Assembly (NCBI GenBank): GCA_002421745.1
Contig: DISC01000006.1
Span: 87,610 to 151,609, forward strand
DNA: 64,000 nt
Source: Patescibacteria group bacterium UBA6220
GTDB lineage: Bacteria; Patescibacteriota; Minisyncoccia; Minisyncoccales; Minisyncoccaceae
Direction: 5' to 3'
Part shown: piece after piece, positions 29,167 to 37,803 of the stretch
Position numbering within the stretch: position 1 is the stretch's first letter
Layout of the letters: the number at the start of each line of letters is the position of its first letter
Notes under the pieces: generated by a model
Told to the model about the DNA's origin: nothing
The model's input: only the letters and a program-made list of their open reading frames with translations
Databases searched by the model: none
Translations under genes and position numbers: made by a program

Positions 29167-29198
29167 CTCATTAAAAACGATTCAAAGCTTATTTTTCT

Positions 29199-30059
29199 TC
29201 ACTCAAAAAGGCTTCTTATTTTTTTATCATTTTCAGCATCTGTTTTTATAAAAAGATTATTAAAATCCGAAAGAATAATTGCATCGTAGCATTTTTTATT
29301 TTTTTCATCTTTCCAGATATTAGAAGAAATAATTTCCCAAATCGTTTTATCTATATAATCCCTAACAATATGTGGATAATAAATAAATAGAATATTGAAA
29401 TTATCTATTTCAAATTTTTTATTAGATTCATCGAGTAATATTTTTATTTTATTAAAAAGCCAATCTTCCCAATCACCACTATAATTATTGATTATAAAAA
29501 TTTTGCGATTCGGTTGCACTTGAAAATTATCAAAATAAATAATATCAAATTTATAACAATAAAATTCTGGGCGTTTGTCTTTTTCCTCTTTTTTACCTAA
29601 AGCTTCTTTTATATCTTTATAAAGATCATTCTCTAAGTTTCTATCAAATAAGGGAATCGTTAATTTTCTTTTTTCATTTATTATGCTTTTAGAGCCAATA
29701 TTATATTTTATTAATACTTGGAAATTTAAATTTTTCCATTCCGGGTAATTATTATTTAAATAGCTTCTTAAGTCTTTTTCTATCTTTTCATCTCTAAAAT
29801 CATCTTTGCCAAAACTTTTTATTTCTATGTATAAAGAACCATTATCGTTTACCTTAATATCGGGAGCTTTTCCTCTTAAAATTTCTATGGAATATTTCTT
29901 CTTAAAAAGCTTATTCGCTACTTTTAATTCTACCCAAATTCTATATTTATTATCTTCGCTTCCACTTTCAAATTCTTTTCTCTTTCTTTTAATCCCTTCG
30001 ATTCCTTTTTGATCTAAGTTATTTATAATTTCTTTAGCCTGAATTTCTAAATTTTCCAT
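29199..30059 (-). CDS. Hypothetical protein with a PD-(D/E)xK-like motif
   Basis: APDIKVNDNGSLYIEIKS (D...E-x-K spacing typical of restriction-endonuclease-fold nucleases). Otherwise unrecognised. Confidence 0.4.
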   Translation of the reverse strand: MENLEIQAKEIINNLDQKGIEGIKRKRKEFESGSEDNKYRIWVELKVANKLFKKKYSIEILRGKAPDIKVNDNGSLYIEIKSFGKDDFRDEKIEKDLRSYLNNNYPEWKNLNFQVLIKYNIGSKSIINEKRKLTIPLFDRNLENDLYKDIKEALGKKEEKDKRPEFYCYKFDIIYFDNFQVQPNRKIFIINNYSGDWEDWLFNKIKILLDESNKKFEIDNFNILFIYYPHIVRDYIDKTIWEIISSNIWKDEKNKKCYDAIILSDFNNLFIKTDAENDKKIRSLFE

Positions 30060-30088
30060 TTTTTAATAAAATTACTCATAAATATTTA

Positions 30089-30928
30089 TTAATAAATATT
30101 GTCATTTGCCCAGTCCCCTTTTTCGCATTTTTCCCAATCATAAACACTCTCGTTATTTATCAACCACTCGTGGCTACGCTGAATAACAATCCCACCAAAT
30201 ACTTTTTTATTACCTTGATTAACTAAATATTTTTGTAATGATTCGGCTTTAGCTTTTGTATATGTCTTACCATCACGATCTCCAACGTCTTTAACTTCAA
30301 GTAAACCAAGACGCCCATCTGAAAATTTAACCAAATAGTCAGGATAAAAAGTACTTATGCTTCCTGCATATTCATACTTAATGCCAAAATATTCCTGTTT
30401 ATTTTCACTATTCTTCCACCACCAATTTAATTTTGAACTATTTTTGTTCAACAAATCTTCAAATTCTCTTTCTGGTTTAGATCTGTCGATATTTAAATAG
30501 CATGGTTCGTAAACATATTTTTTAGCTTTTACGGTTTCGTCATCATATTCGTTATAAAATTGCTCTGGCTTAATATCAAAAGTATATCTTTGGTCACTCT
30601 CTTCTATACGCTAATGAACCTCTTTTTCTTTAACAATAACATACTGATCAATCGCTTTATTTAGAATATGCCCAAAATGGACTATATTCTTATTATTTAA
30701 AAACATCTTTTGCGTTAAAAGCGAAGGATCTTTCCAATGCTCAGCACCAAGAACTTTATTAAACCAAAGATAAATAGCTGTTTTAACTACTGGAACAGAA
30801 CGCTTAATATTTTTAAATGGTCCAAGGTTGTCTTTAATGAACTGCTCAAAGAAAACAGCTAAGTCATCAACAGCTACATTTAATTTAGCTAAATTATCGG
30901 CATCAATTTTACCTTCTAATTCATCAAA
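30089..30928 (-). pseudogene. 5'-truncated, nonsense-interrupted nuclease gene (PD-(D/E)xK C-terminal domain)
   Basis: The frame is open from 30928 with no start codon. An in-frame TAG lies at 30611-30613 (...KEKEVH*RIEESDQ...). The C-terminal part carries YPDYLVKFSDGRLGLLEVKD. Confidence 0.6.
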
Positions 30929-32745
30929 CTAACAGACCAGGAATTAACGATATTTTGTGTATTTACAACCCAGTCATCAGAGTTGCTAATACTATTTGCA
31001 CTTTCAGCAATATCGTTAATTAAATTTTTCAAACTATTGTGTGTGAATTTTTTATTCGCCTCACGGACTTGCCTGAGTGTTTTTAATAATTCAACAAATT
31101 GTTTTATTGTCAGTGGTGCAATTTTTTGCTTACTACCTTTATAACCAATGGTGTTGGCAATATAGAAAGTTTCAGCACTGTCAGTATGAATTGTTGGTGC
31201 GATGAAGATGCAATAAGCATTTAAATGTGAGTTTTCAAAATCACGTAAATGTCGCATAACTGGCTGTCCTTCATTAAACCATTGATCACGACCATTCAAC
31301 ATTGTAACTTCGCAGATCATATTAAAGTTATCATAAAAACATTCGATATCGGCCATGCCACCAGGGGCAGTGGATGTTGGTTCGTTATCATCTCCGACTG
31401 GATAATTAGGCTTAATTTCCTTTGCGTCATTAAGAGCATGAAGTCCCATTGTTGAGAGATATTCGAGCATTAAAGCACGGTTTTCAAATTCAAAAATGCC
31501 CTCCAGTTGCTCAATGTACTGAGTAATTGATGAAACTGGTTGAGACTTGATGTGGTTATCTTTTTCTTGTAATTCTTTGCGAGATTCTCGTAAATCATTA
31601 ATATACAACACTAAATCATTTTCAGACATTACTGATATGTCCTTCTCGCTTTCAATCACTAAACCAAGATTGCTCTGTAGTTCAATTACATCTTTATAGA
31701 CATCACTAGCGATTTTCGATAATTTATCCTTTGTTTGCCAAGGCAATATAGGCAAATTGTCGTCAGACATATAGGAAACATATTCGTTTCTATCTGCAAA
31801 ATGCTTTGGTTTATAAAATTCGCTTTCAAATAAAGCTTCGATCTCAGTACTGCGGTTTAACTCCAAATCAATGTAAAAACCATTGCCACGAATACGGATA
31901 AACTTTGTTAGACGAAAATACCTAATTGCATTATCTCCATAATCCTTCAGGTTTGTGAGCAGTTTATTGATTGCAGCCTGTTTGCTTGTGCCTAAAAAGT
32001 TGGCTGCAAATTGTTTACGATAATCATCCCGAATCTTTTTTCGTTCCTGTTTTGTTTTTCCCTTTTGCAAGGCTCGTAATTCAACAATTTGTTTTGCATA
32101 ATTTTCAATATCTGTATACTTAACTAATGATGGAACGAATAATGAAAACTCTCGTTTACTAATTCCAGCTGCATTATTTCCATTCTCGGTTTCAATCCTA
32201 TTGACTTCGTTTATTAACTTAAGGGTTGCAACAAAAGGCACAACATTATAATCACCCTTATCCGTAAAATCATTACTAGCTGGGTTTGGTATCTGCCATT
32301 TTATAAAAGACCTTAGAAATACATCACCAGCGTCTTTTTCGCTAGCTATAAGCTTCTTCCCAAGATCGGTTATTTTAACTATGCCATTATCTATAATTAC
32401 AAATCCAAATTTTGTAAGAGGATTTATAGATTGACGACCACGCATTGCAAAGTCAGTATAGTTCTTTAACCTTATAATTTCATCTATCGTATCGTCATCA
32501 ATCTCACTATCGGTATCATTTATCAATTTTATAATATATGTTGTTAGCCCATTATAAAATTGAGCACTACCGAAACCATATAGACGATTCTTGATTAAAA
32601 GTTTCTGATAATTTTCCTGATTGGCTTTGTCCCAAGTTTTATTTTCAAGGGGTTTTAGGGCAACCAAAAAATCCCTCAGACGCTCTGGGTTTCTAACGGT
32701 TGTTGTAATTGACCATGCTTTCAACATAATTTCAGTATGCCACAA
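30916..32745 (-). CDS. AlwI-family type IIS restriction endonuclease
   Basis: 609 aa. N-terminus WSITTTVRNPERLRDFL, then INPLTKFGFV...ITDLGKKL, FLRSFIKWQIP, DNAIRYFRLT, and catalytic region MADIECFYDNFNMICEVT. These match my recollection of BstNBI/MlyI/PleI/AlwI-type enzymes. Confidence 0.65.
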   Translation of the reverse strand: MWHTEIMLKAWSITTTVRNPERLRDFLVALKPLENKTWDKANQENYQKLLIKNRLYGFGSAQFYNGLTTYIIKLINDTDSEIDDDTIDEIIRLKNYTDFAMRGRQSINPLTKFGFVIIDNGIVKITDLGKKLIASEKDAGDVFLRSFIKWQIPNPASNDFTDKGDYNVVPFVATLKLINEVNRIETENGNNAAGISKREFSLFVPSLVKYTDIENYAKQIVELRALQKGKTKQERKKIRDDYRKQFAANFLGTSKQAAINKLLTNLKDYGDNAIRYFRLTKFIRIRGNGFYIDLELNRSTEIEALFESEFYKPKHFADRNEYVSYMSDDNLPILPWQTKDKLSKIASDVYKDVIELQSNLGLVIESEKDISVMSENDLVLYINDLRESRKELQEKDNHIKSQPVSSITQYIEQLEGIFEFENRALMLEYLSTMGLHALNDAKEIKPNYPVGDDNEPTSTAPGGMADIECFYDNFNMICEVTMLNGRDQWFNEGQPVMRHLRDFENSHLNAYCIFIAPTIHTDSAETFYIANTIGYKGSKQKIAPLTIKQFVELLKTLRQVREANKKFTHNSLKNLINDIAESANSISNSDDWVVNTQNIVNSWSVSLMN

Positions 32746-32748
32746 AAA

Positions 32749-34737
32749 TCAGTAATTTGTAATAAGCACCTCTATTGTACTATTGTTTTTTGCAGTAGAG
32801 TGATAATTTGAATTTTTGTAGTTATAGCTTAATTTATGAACTCTATAACCATTCTTTTTTGCCCAATTCTTCATTATTTCATTAATCTTGCCTTTATGCT
32901 CTAAGACATTTGATAGAGCAAACCTAATCTCTTTCTTATCCAGTCTCGTTAAAAGTGCATATAAGTCCTTTTCATCCTTCTCCGTCCATCCTCCCATTTC
33001 GTTATAACTAGCAAGTCCTAGTAAATATGGTGGATCCAGATATACAAAATCATCATTTTTTAATGACATCTTTTCAACATCACGAAAATCGTAATTTTTG
33101 AATACTATTCTTTTCTCATTTGATATTTGATTGAAAGCTGCAACGTTTTTCCTTGAGCTTCCATTGTAGTCCCGTTTTCCTACTGGTAAATTAAAATCAC
33201 CATTGGAATTAAATCTAATTTGATTATTGAAAGAATATAAAACAAGCACCAACAACAAATCGATTCTTGTTTTTTCTTTATTAAATTCACCACGAAGCTT
33301 TAGGAAAGCACTTTTATTATATTGTCCAAGACCAGATGAACTATCAACATTGTAATGCTCATAGCCCTTTATATAGCTTTGACTTAATCCAAAATCATCT
33401 ATGATATCAATAACTCTTTGATTCAAATCTTCAAAATTATCATCTTGTATTAACTTCAATAAGTTCACTACATATCGATTTTTTTCAATGCAAACTATAT
33501 TTTTTGCTGTAGCATTAATTCCGACATTTGCACCACCAGAAAAAACATCATAAAAAGTTTTTATGTCTTTTGGGAATAGTTTTGCTATTTGTGGTAAAAG
33601 TTTATGTTTTCCACCTGTATAGTTTAGGGGGGATTTCACAAAGCCAACTTGGACAGGGTTATTTTTTGAAGCAATTACAGACTTGTTGCTTTTAGAAACA
33701 ATACTCACCTTACACAGAAATATACGCTCTTTCAGGTCGTCTTTGCTTGATTTTCCAGTAGTAAATTGCTTAAAATTGGTCTCAAAAATCTTCACTTCAC
33801 CTCGCCGTTTTAATGCAGACAAAATTTCATGATCACTGATACGGGATTGCGATCGAGCATTGCCAGCAGTCCCCATATCGTTATAAGAAACAAGGATATA
33901 TTTTGCATTAATGTTGTCTATCAAATCGCCGAATGCAACACCTGCTGATTTCATGTTGTATTTGCTTTTGATATGGGAGCGGTCAATCTTTTTTGCAACA
34001 CCAAAAACCTTTTCTTTTTTCCAAGTAGCGATGTTTTCTAGTAAATGATAAGCATCCGAGTATTGTCTAGAATTATATGGGGGGTCAATATAAACAACGT
34101 CTGCTTTTATTTTTTTTACCAATTCATTAGCGTCATCTTTATAAATTTCAGCAGAATAGCGAGAGTTTGTTATATCAAGGGGGAGTAGGAACAGTTTTTT
34201 ATTTGGAATATCAATTTTTCGATATGCGTCATAATGGCCGACCGTGTTGGCAATTTTATCAAATGCGTAAATCAGAGATGTTAGTAAATAAGATTTTTCT
34301 CTATTGGTAATTATTTTTTCTTCAAATAACTTTTCGATGTCATCCCTTATAATTCCTATCTTTTTAGCATTTTCTGCGTCAAAATAAGTATCTGAAAAGT
34401 TTTTTGAAAAATAATTTTCACCGTATTTTTTTATTTCAATGTCGTTATAGTACCTTAATTGTTCTTTTAACTTTCCTTCCCTGATTGAGTCCTTTCCAAA
34501 AAAAGCTGTATATACATGAGAATTTGAATCTAAAATATCATTTACAATAATCTTTGATCGATTATAAAAATGATTAGCAACAGTGCCAGTTCCAGCAAAA
34601 ATATCTGCAAAAGAATTAAACTCTATATTCTCAGCTTCAAGTATGCTATCTATAAATGATAACAGCTTGGTTTTAGAACCAAGATAGCGTCTTTGAGTTA
34701 TACAGATTTTTTTATTTCCAAAATATGCATCGTTCAT
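32749..34737 (-). CDS. Fused double N6-adenine DNA methyltransferase
   Basis: Two complete MTase halves. First: RRYLGSKTKLL, FADIFAGTGT, YIDPPY. Second: NYTGGKHKLLPQI, FYDVFSGGANVG, YLDPPY. It lies 3 nt upstream of the endonuclease gene. Confidence 0.85.
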   Translation of the reverse strand: MNDAYFGNKKICITQRRYLGSKTKLLSFIDSILEAENIEFNSFADIFAGTGTVANHFYNRSKIIVNDILDSNSHVYTAFFGKDSIREGKLKEQLRYYNDIEIKKYGENYFSKNFSDTYFDAENAKKIGIIRDDIEKLFEEKIITNREKSYLLTSLIYAFDKIANTVGHYDAYRKIDIPNKKLFLLPLDITNSRYSAEIYKDDANELVKKIKADVVYIDPPYNSRQYSDAYHLLENIATWKKEKVFGVAKKIDRSHIKSKYNMKSAGVAFGDLIDNINAKYILVSYNDMGTAGNARSQSRISDHEILSALKRRGEVKIFETNFKQFTTGKSSKDDLKERIFLCKVSIVSKSNKSVIASKNNPVQVGFVKSPLNYTGGKHKLLPQIAKLFPKDIKTFYDVFSGGANVGINATAKNIVCIEKNRYVVNLLKLIQDDNFEDLNQRVIDIIDDFGLSQSYIKGYEHYNVDSSSGLGQYNKSAFLKLRGEFNKEKTRIDLLLVLVLYSFNNQIRFNSNGDFNLPVGKRDYNGSSRKNVAAFNQISNEKRIVFKNYDFRDVEKMSLKNDDFVYLDPPYLLGLASYNEMGGWTEKDEKDLYALLTRLDKKEIRFALSNVLEHKGKINEIMKNWAKKNGYRVHKLSYNYKNSNYHSTAKNNSTIEVLITNY

Positions 34738-34825
34738 ATTTACAGAATAGCATAATTTTGTAATTTATGTAAATTTACTAGAAGGGTTAATAAGTAATAA
34801 ATTCTGGTCGAAATGTATTAACAAA

Positions 34826-34856
34826 AGAGACCGGCCCCTGACGGGAACCGGTCTCT
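34826..34856 (-). terminator. Strong GC hairpin plus TTTGTT; probably the original tRNA-Asn terminator
   Basis: 9-bp stem agagaccgg/ccggtctct. It lies just 3' (minus sense) of the displaced tRNA-Asn 3' fragment. Confidence 0.55.
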
Positions 34857-34894
34857 TAGAATCCCTCACTATTTGACTCCGGTGGTAGGATTCG
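34837..34894 (-). repeat. Displaced copy of the tRNA-Asn 3' end plus 3' flank (direct repeat DR2, distal copy)
   Basis: Aligns to 47488-47546 with about 6 mismatches and 1 indel. Includes tgactccggtggtaggattcg versus tggctccggtggtaggattcg in the tRNA. Confidence 0.75.
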
Positions 34895-34951
34895 CCTCCA
34901 TCTGCTGGTGCAGATGAAAACCTCCGCCCCTCATCGGGGATGCGGCCCGCG
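34895..34951. other. 57-nt GC-rich structured insert inside the displaced tRNA T-loop
   Basis: Flanked by duplicated ATTCG (34890-34894 and 34952-34956). Hairpins catctgc-tggt-gcagatg and ccgc..ccc-tcatc-ggg..gcgg. Far more GC-rich than the surroundings. Confidence 0.5.
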
Positions 34952-34971
34952 ATTCGAATCCTACTTCTTTC

Positions 34972-35009
34972 ACAGAAACAAAACAAAAGACACCCACTTT
35001 GAGGTGTCT
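34972..35009 (-). terminator. Rho-independent terminator (minus strand)
   Basis: Stem agacacc/ggtgtct followed on the minus strand by ttttgttttgttt. It lies directly 3' (minus sense) of DR1b. Confidence 0.6.
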
Positions 35010-35015
35010 ATTCGT

Positions 35016-35117
35016 TTTGGCTCCCGTGTACGGTCTGGTGCCCCACATAGGCAATAACCGTAAGGGTTAATTGAGTTATGTTTCTAGTATACCACACAGG
35101 TAACCGGTCGGGTAGCT
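35016..35117. repeat. ~102-bp direct repeat DR1, copy b
   Basis: See 29065-29166. Confidence 0.85.
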
Positions 35118-35219
35118 TTAAGAAAAATGAGACAAATTAGACACCATAAAAAGGAAATGTCTCGTGTCTCAAAATAATAAGAATGAGGAAAAACATATAC
35201 ACATAAAGCAAAAAGTTAA

Positions 35220-35921
35220 TTAATCTATAATTAATTCTTCCTTTTCAATATCTTTCTTTAATAGATTTATCCCCTTCCAGGCTATTGGATGACATCTTTT
35301 TATATGATCTTTTTCTTTGCAAAAGCAAGGCGTATGCCCCTTAATGTACGACTTTCTCTGTAATGCATTTTTAATGTACGGCCAAACAGTCTTATCGTGC
35401 TTTAATTTTGCTATACACTCCCCAGCTTTCTTGCTGTTATAAAATTTAGCGTAAGACTCTAGAATACCCACAATGCCATGCGCATATTCATCCCACGGCC
35501 ATGCGTTTTTGAGAGAAAAAAATTCTTGCCCATATAGAAAAGGAATAACTAGTCGTTGGAAAAAATCTACAAACTTAAATCCTGGTTTTAGAAACTCTTC
35601 CTCCTCAAGGGGATTACAAAGACACGCCGTTTTGTCGGATTGATTAATATGGCGATCGGGTATTGTATCTATGTTTTTCACGCAAAGCGCCGGAAGTTCC
35701 GAAAATGACTTATCGATTCTTTCCTTTATAATAATTTCGAATCTGCCATTTAGTATCGTGCCTCCAATTGTATTACTCGTTCCGCCTTCAATAATCAAAA
35801 ATTCGTTAGTCTTATCATTATAGGCGGCTGTAAATTCTAAAGTTCCGGAAACTACACCGTGGTCTTCTTTCAGTCCCGGATACTTTTGAGCCAACCATTC
35901 TTTATCCTGATTAGTCAACAT
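35220..35921 (-). CDS. Cys-rich protein with SEC-C-type zinc motif and a possible UBC/E2-like core
   Basis: ATG at 35921, 1 nt after the MBL gene stop. C-terminal CFCKEKDHIKRCH fits C-x-C-x8-C-H (SEC-C pattern). ELPALCVKNIDTIPDRHINQSDKTACLC resembles the E2 signature P..P.v.f....HPN....G.iCL. Confidence 0.55.
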   Translation of the reverse strand: MLTNQDKEWLAQKYPGLKEDHGVVSGTLEFTAAYNDKTNEFLIIEGGTSNTIGGTILNGRFEIIIKERIDKSFSELPALCVKNIDTIPDRHINQSDKTACLCNPLEEEEFLKPGFKFVDFFQRLVIPFLYGQEFFSLKNAWPWDEYAHGIVGILESYAKFYNSKKAGECIAKLKHDKTVWPYIKNALQRKSYIKGHTPCFCKEKDHIKRCHPIAWKGINLLKKDIEKEELIID

Positions 35922-35922
35922 A

Positions 35923-36960
35923 CTACAATGAACACCAAGGCGATTTGGGAGAAAAAGGCTTCGGCGAAGAGAACCCCTCATTTCTCAGAGATGACGTCTT
36001 AGCTGATTTATCATCCTTATCACCATTATAAATCTTTAAACTGCCACCGGCGTCGATATCGACAATAATGCTTTTTTCATCTTCTCCTAAATGGTAGGTA
36101 TTTTCTTTGCTGACGTAATCTTCATATAGCTCCAACGCCTCATCATCCGGATGGTCATGTGGGCTATCTTCTTGCTTTGGAGCGCTTATTATCAAATAAT
36201 CTGGCTTTATATTATCCATGTGATCGAGATAAACATCGTCGTCTTCCTTTTCTTTATCCTTGAAGAAAGAAACTGATCCATGGTGGGACGCGCTCAAAAC
36301 ATCGCTCTTCAAATCATCTTTATAATAATCAGTTATGTGCTCCTTCCATGCTGCTTTGTCAGAATCTCCAGTTAGAAGTATGCTTTTGTCTTTATAGATA
36401 AATTTAATAACTCCGCATTGTTCGTGTATTCTTTTAGCTCTTTGGTCGGGTGTTTCGTCATCTATCTCTTCACAGACATATTTCGCTGGCGACAATACTT
36501 GAAAATCAATATCGCCGATTTTTCTATCGGTCTTAGATTTCTCCTCTTTGTCAGTATGTAGAACATTCTTATCATTACTGCCTCTCAAATAAAAAACATT
36601 AGAATCGCCGACTTTCTTAATAACCTCATTCAATTCCTTAAATGCGTCCTCATGCTCTTTTCCTGGTGTGTGTCCAGAATGCCAAACCTCACTAATACAA
36701 TCTTTGATTTCCTTGACCCCGGCAATGTGGTCTTTGTGGGGGTGGGTATTAACAAAAATAATGTCGTCTCTATCTATTTCTTTGAAAATCAAAGGAATAT
36801 CCTCGATCAATTCGTCATCTTTCTTATAGTTAGAATCGACTAGTAAATACCTGTGTGAATCTCCATCGGGAACAATCATCAAGGTAGACTCACCCTGACC
36901 AACATACAAGAATATTGTCCTGAAAATTCCCTTATCTGGGAAGAATATATCTTTTTCCAT
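35923..36960 (-). CDS. Stand-alone ComEC-like metallo-beta-lactamase-fold hydrolase
   Basis: VGQGESTLMIVP, THPHKDHIAG (HxHxDH) and SASHHGS motifs, as in the ComEC C-terminal MBL domain. Confidence 0.75.
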   Translation of the reverse strand: MEKDIFFPDKGIFRTIFLYVGQGESTLMIVPDGDSHRYLLVDSNYKKDDELIEDIPLIFKEIDRDDIIFVNTHPHKDHIAGVKEIKDCISEVWHSGHTPGKEHEDAFKELNEVIKKVGDSNVFYLRGSNDKNVLHTDKEEKSKTDRKIGDIDFQVLSPAKYVCEEIDDETPDQRAKRIHEQCGVIKFIYKDKSILLTGDSDKAAWKEHITDYYKDDLKSDVLSASHHGSVSFFKDKEKEDDDVYLDHMDNIKPDYLIISAPKQEDSPHDHPDDEALELYEDYVSKENTYHLGEDEKSIIVDIDAGGSLKIYNGDKDDKSAKTSSLRNEGFSSPKPFSPKSPWCSL

Positions 36961-36961
36961 A

Positions 36962-37555
36962 TTATTTGTTAGTTATGTTTAATAAAAAAGTCTGCAAAGT
37001 TTTACCTCTCGAATAATTGTAAAACCTTTTTGATCTATTATAAAAAAGCCAAGTTAAGATAACGGATAAAATAAACAATGAAAGGTAACTAAAAGAAAAC
37101 CAATGAATAATACTGAGAATTAACATGGAAATAGAATTTAATCCGAACACTATCATCCACCCCCTATACAGACTGTAGTAAGCGTTGAAAGACTGAACCT
37201 GACCGGTAATGTCTTTCGCAGAAGAAGACATATAACACAGAGAGTAAACTTCTCCCCAGGTCTGTTTTGTCACATTAAAATAAGCACTAGCTCTCTCGAG
37301 AATCTCTTTTTCCGAATCGGAAAAATTAACTTTATTCTCTTTTACAAAAATATTTGAAATAGCTTGCAAAACATGACCAAATAAGTAGGCAACGATAACC
37401 CACAATAAAGAATTATCTAGATTGAAAAAGGGAATTATGTAAATTACTCCGAATAAATAGAAGCTTAAAGATAAAACCATTAAACCAACGCTTCCAACCA
37501 TTAGATATCCTATCTGGTCATAAATATTAAATTTTGAAAAAATTGTATTATCCAT
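36962..37555 (-). CDS. 4-TM membrane protein (2 TM + ~70 aa loop + 2 TM)
   Basis: 197 aa with hydrophobic pairs at both ends. Only 1-2 nt gaps to the flanking genes. Confidence 0.55.
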   Translation of the reverse strand: MDNTIFSKFNIYDQIGYLMVGSVGLMVLSLSFYLFGVIYIIPFFNLDNSLLWVIVAYLFGHVLQAISNIFVKENKVNFSDSEKEILERASAYFNVTKQTWGEVYSLCYMSSSAKDITGQVQSFNAYYSLYRGWMIVFGLNSISMLILSIIHWFSFSYLSLFILSVILTWLFYNRSKRFYNYSRGKTLQTFLLNITNK

Positions 37556-37557
37556 AA

Positions 37558-37797
37558 TTAGTATTTTGTATCTTTAACTGATTTTGGATCATTGCCAGGT
37601 TTAACAGTGTCACTATCTCTAATCGGACCATCGGGCCTATGAATTCTTACCTCTCCGCCACCGCTATTAGCAGACATTTCTTTTGCTGCTTTTTCTGCTT
37701 CCGCTTGGGTATTATAATACCCAGCAACGCGCTCTGCCCCCTCCTTCTTTGCGAACCAATCGCCTTCTTTATTTTTCATAACGTGATAATTTGCCAT
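37558..37797 (-). CDS. DUF2188-like small protein
   Basis: MANYHVMKNKEGDWFAKKEGAERVAGYYNTQAEAEKAAKEM pattern. Confidence 0.6.
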   Translation of the reverse strand: MANYHVMKNKEGDWFAKKEGAERVAGYYNTQAEAEKAAKEMSANSGGGEVRIHRPDGPIRDSDTVKPGNDPKSVKDTKY

Positions 37798-37803
37798 ATG
37801 TTT

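Larger units (their letters stand above)
29065..35117. mobile_element. DR1-bounded ~6 kb cassette carrying a type IIS R-M system
   Basis: 102-bp direct repeats at both ends. No recombinase gene lies inside. Confidence 0.5.

Noticed and set aside
34765-35054. ORFs 34765-34986 and 34869-35054 (73 and 61 aa, Arg/Gly/Pro-rich).
   Set aside because: They translate the GC-rich hairpin region, the displaced tRNA fragment and terminators. Their composition reflects structured non-coding DNA, not protein.
35016-35117. DR1 as a tRNA, SRP RNA, tmRNA piece or group II intron domain V.
   Set aside because: The ...GGGAGCCA end and trailing terminator are suggestive. However, I could not build a cloverleaf (no D or T loop), and I found no SRP helix-8 motif and no domain V consensus. 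It is reported only as an unexplained repeat.
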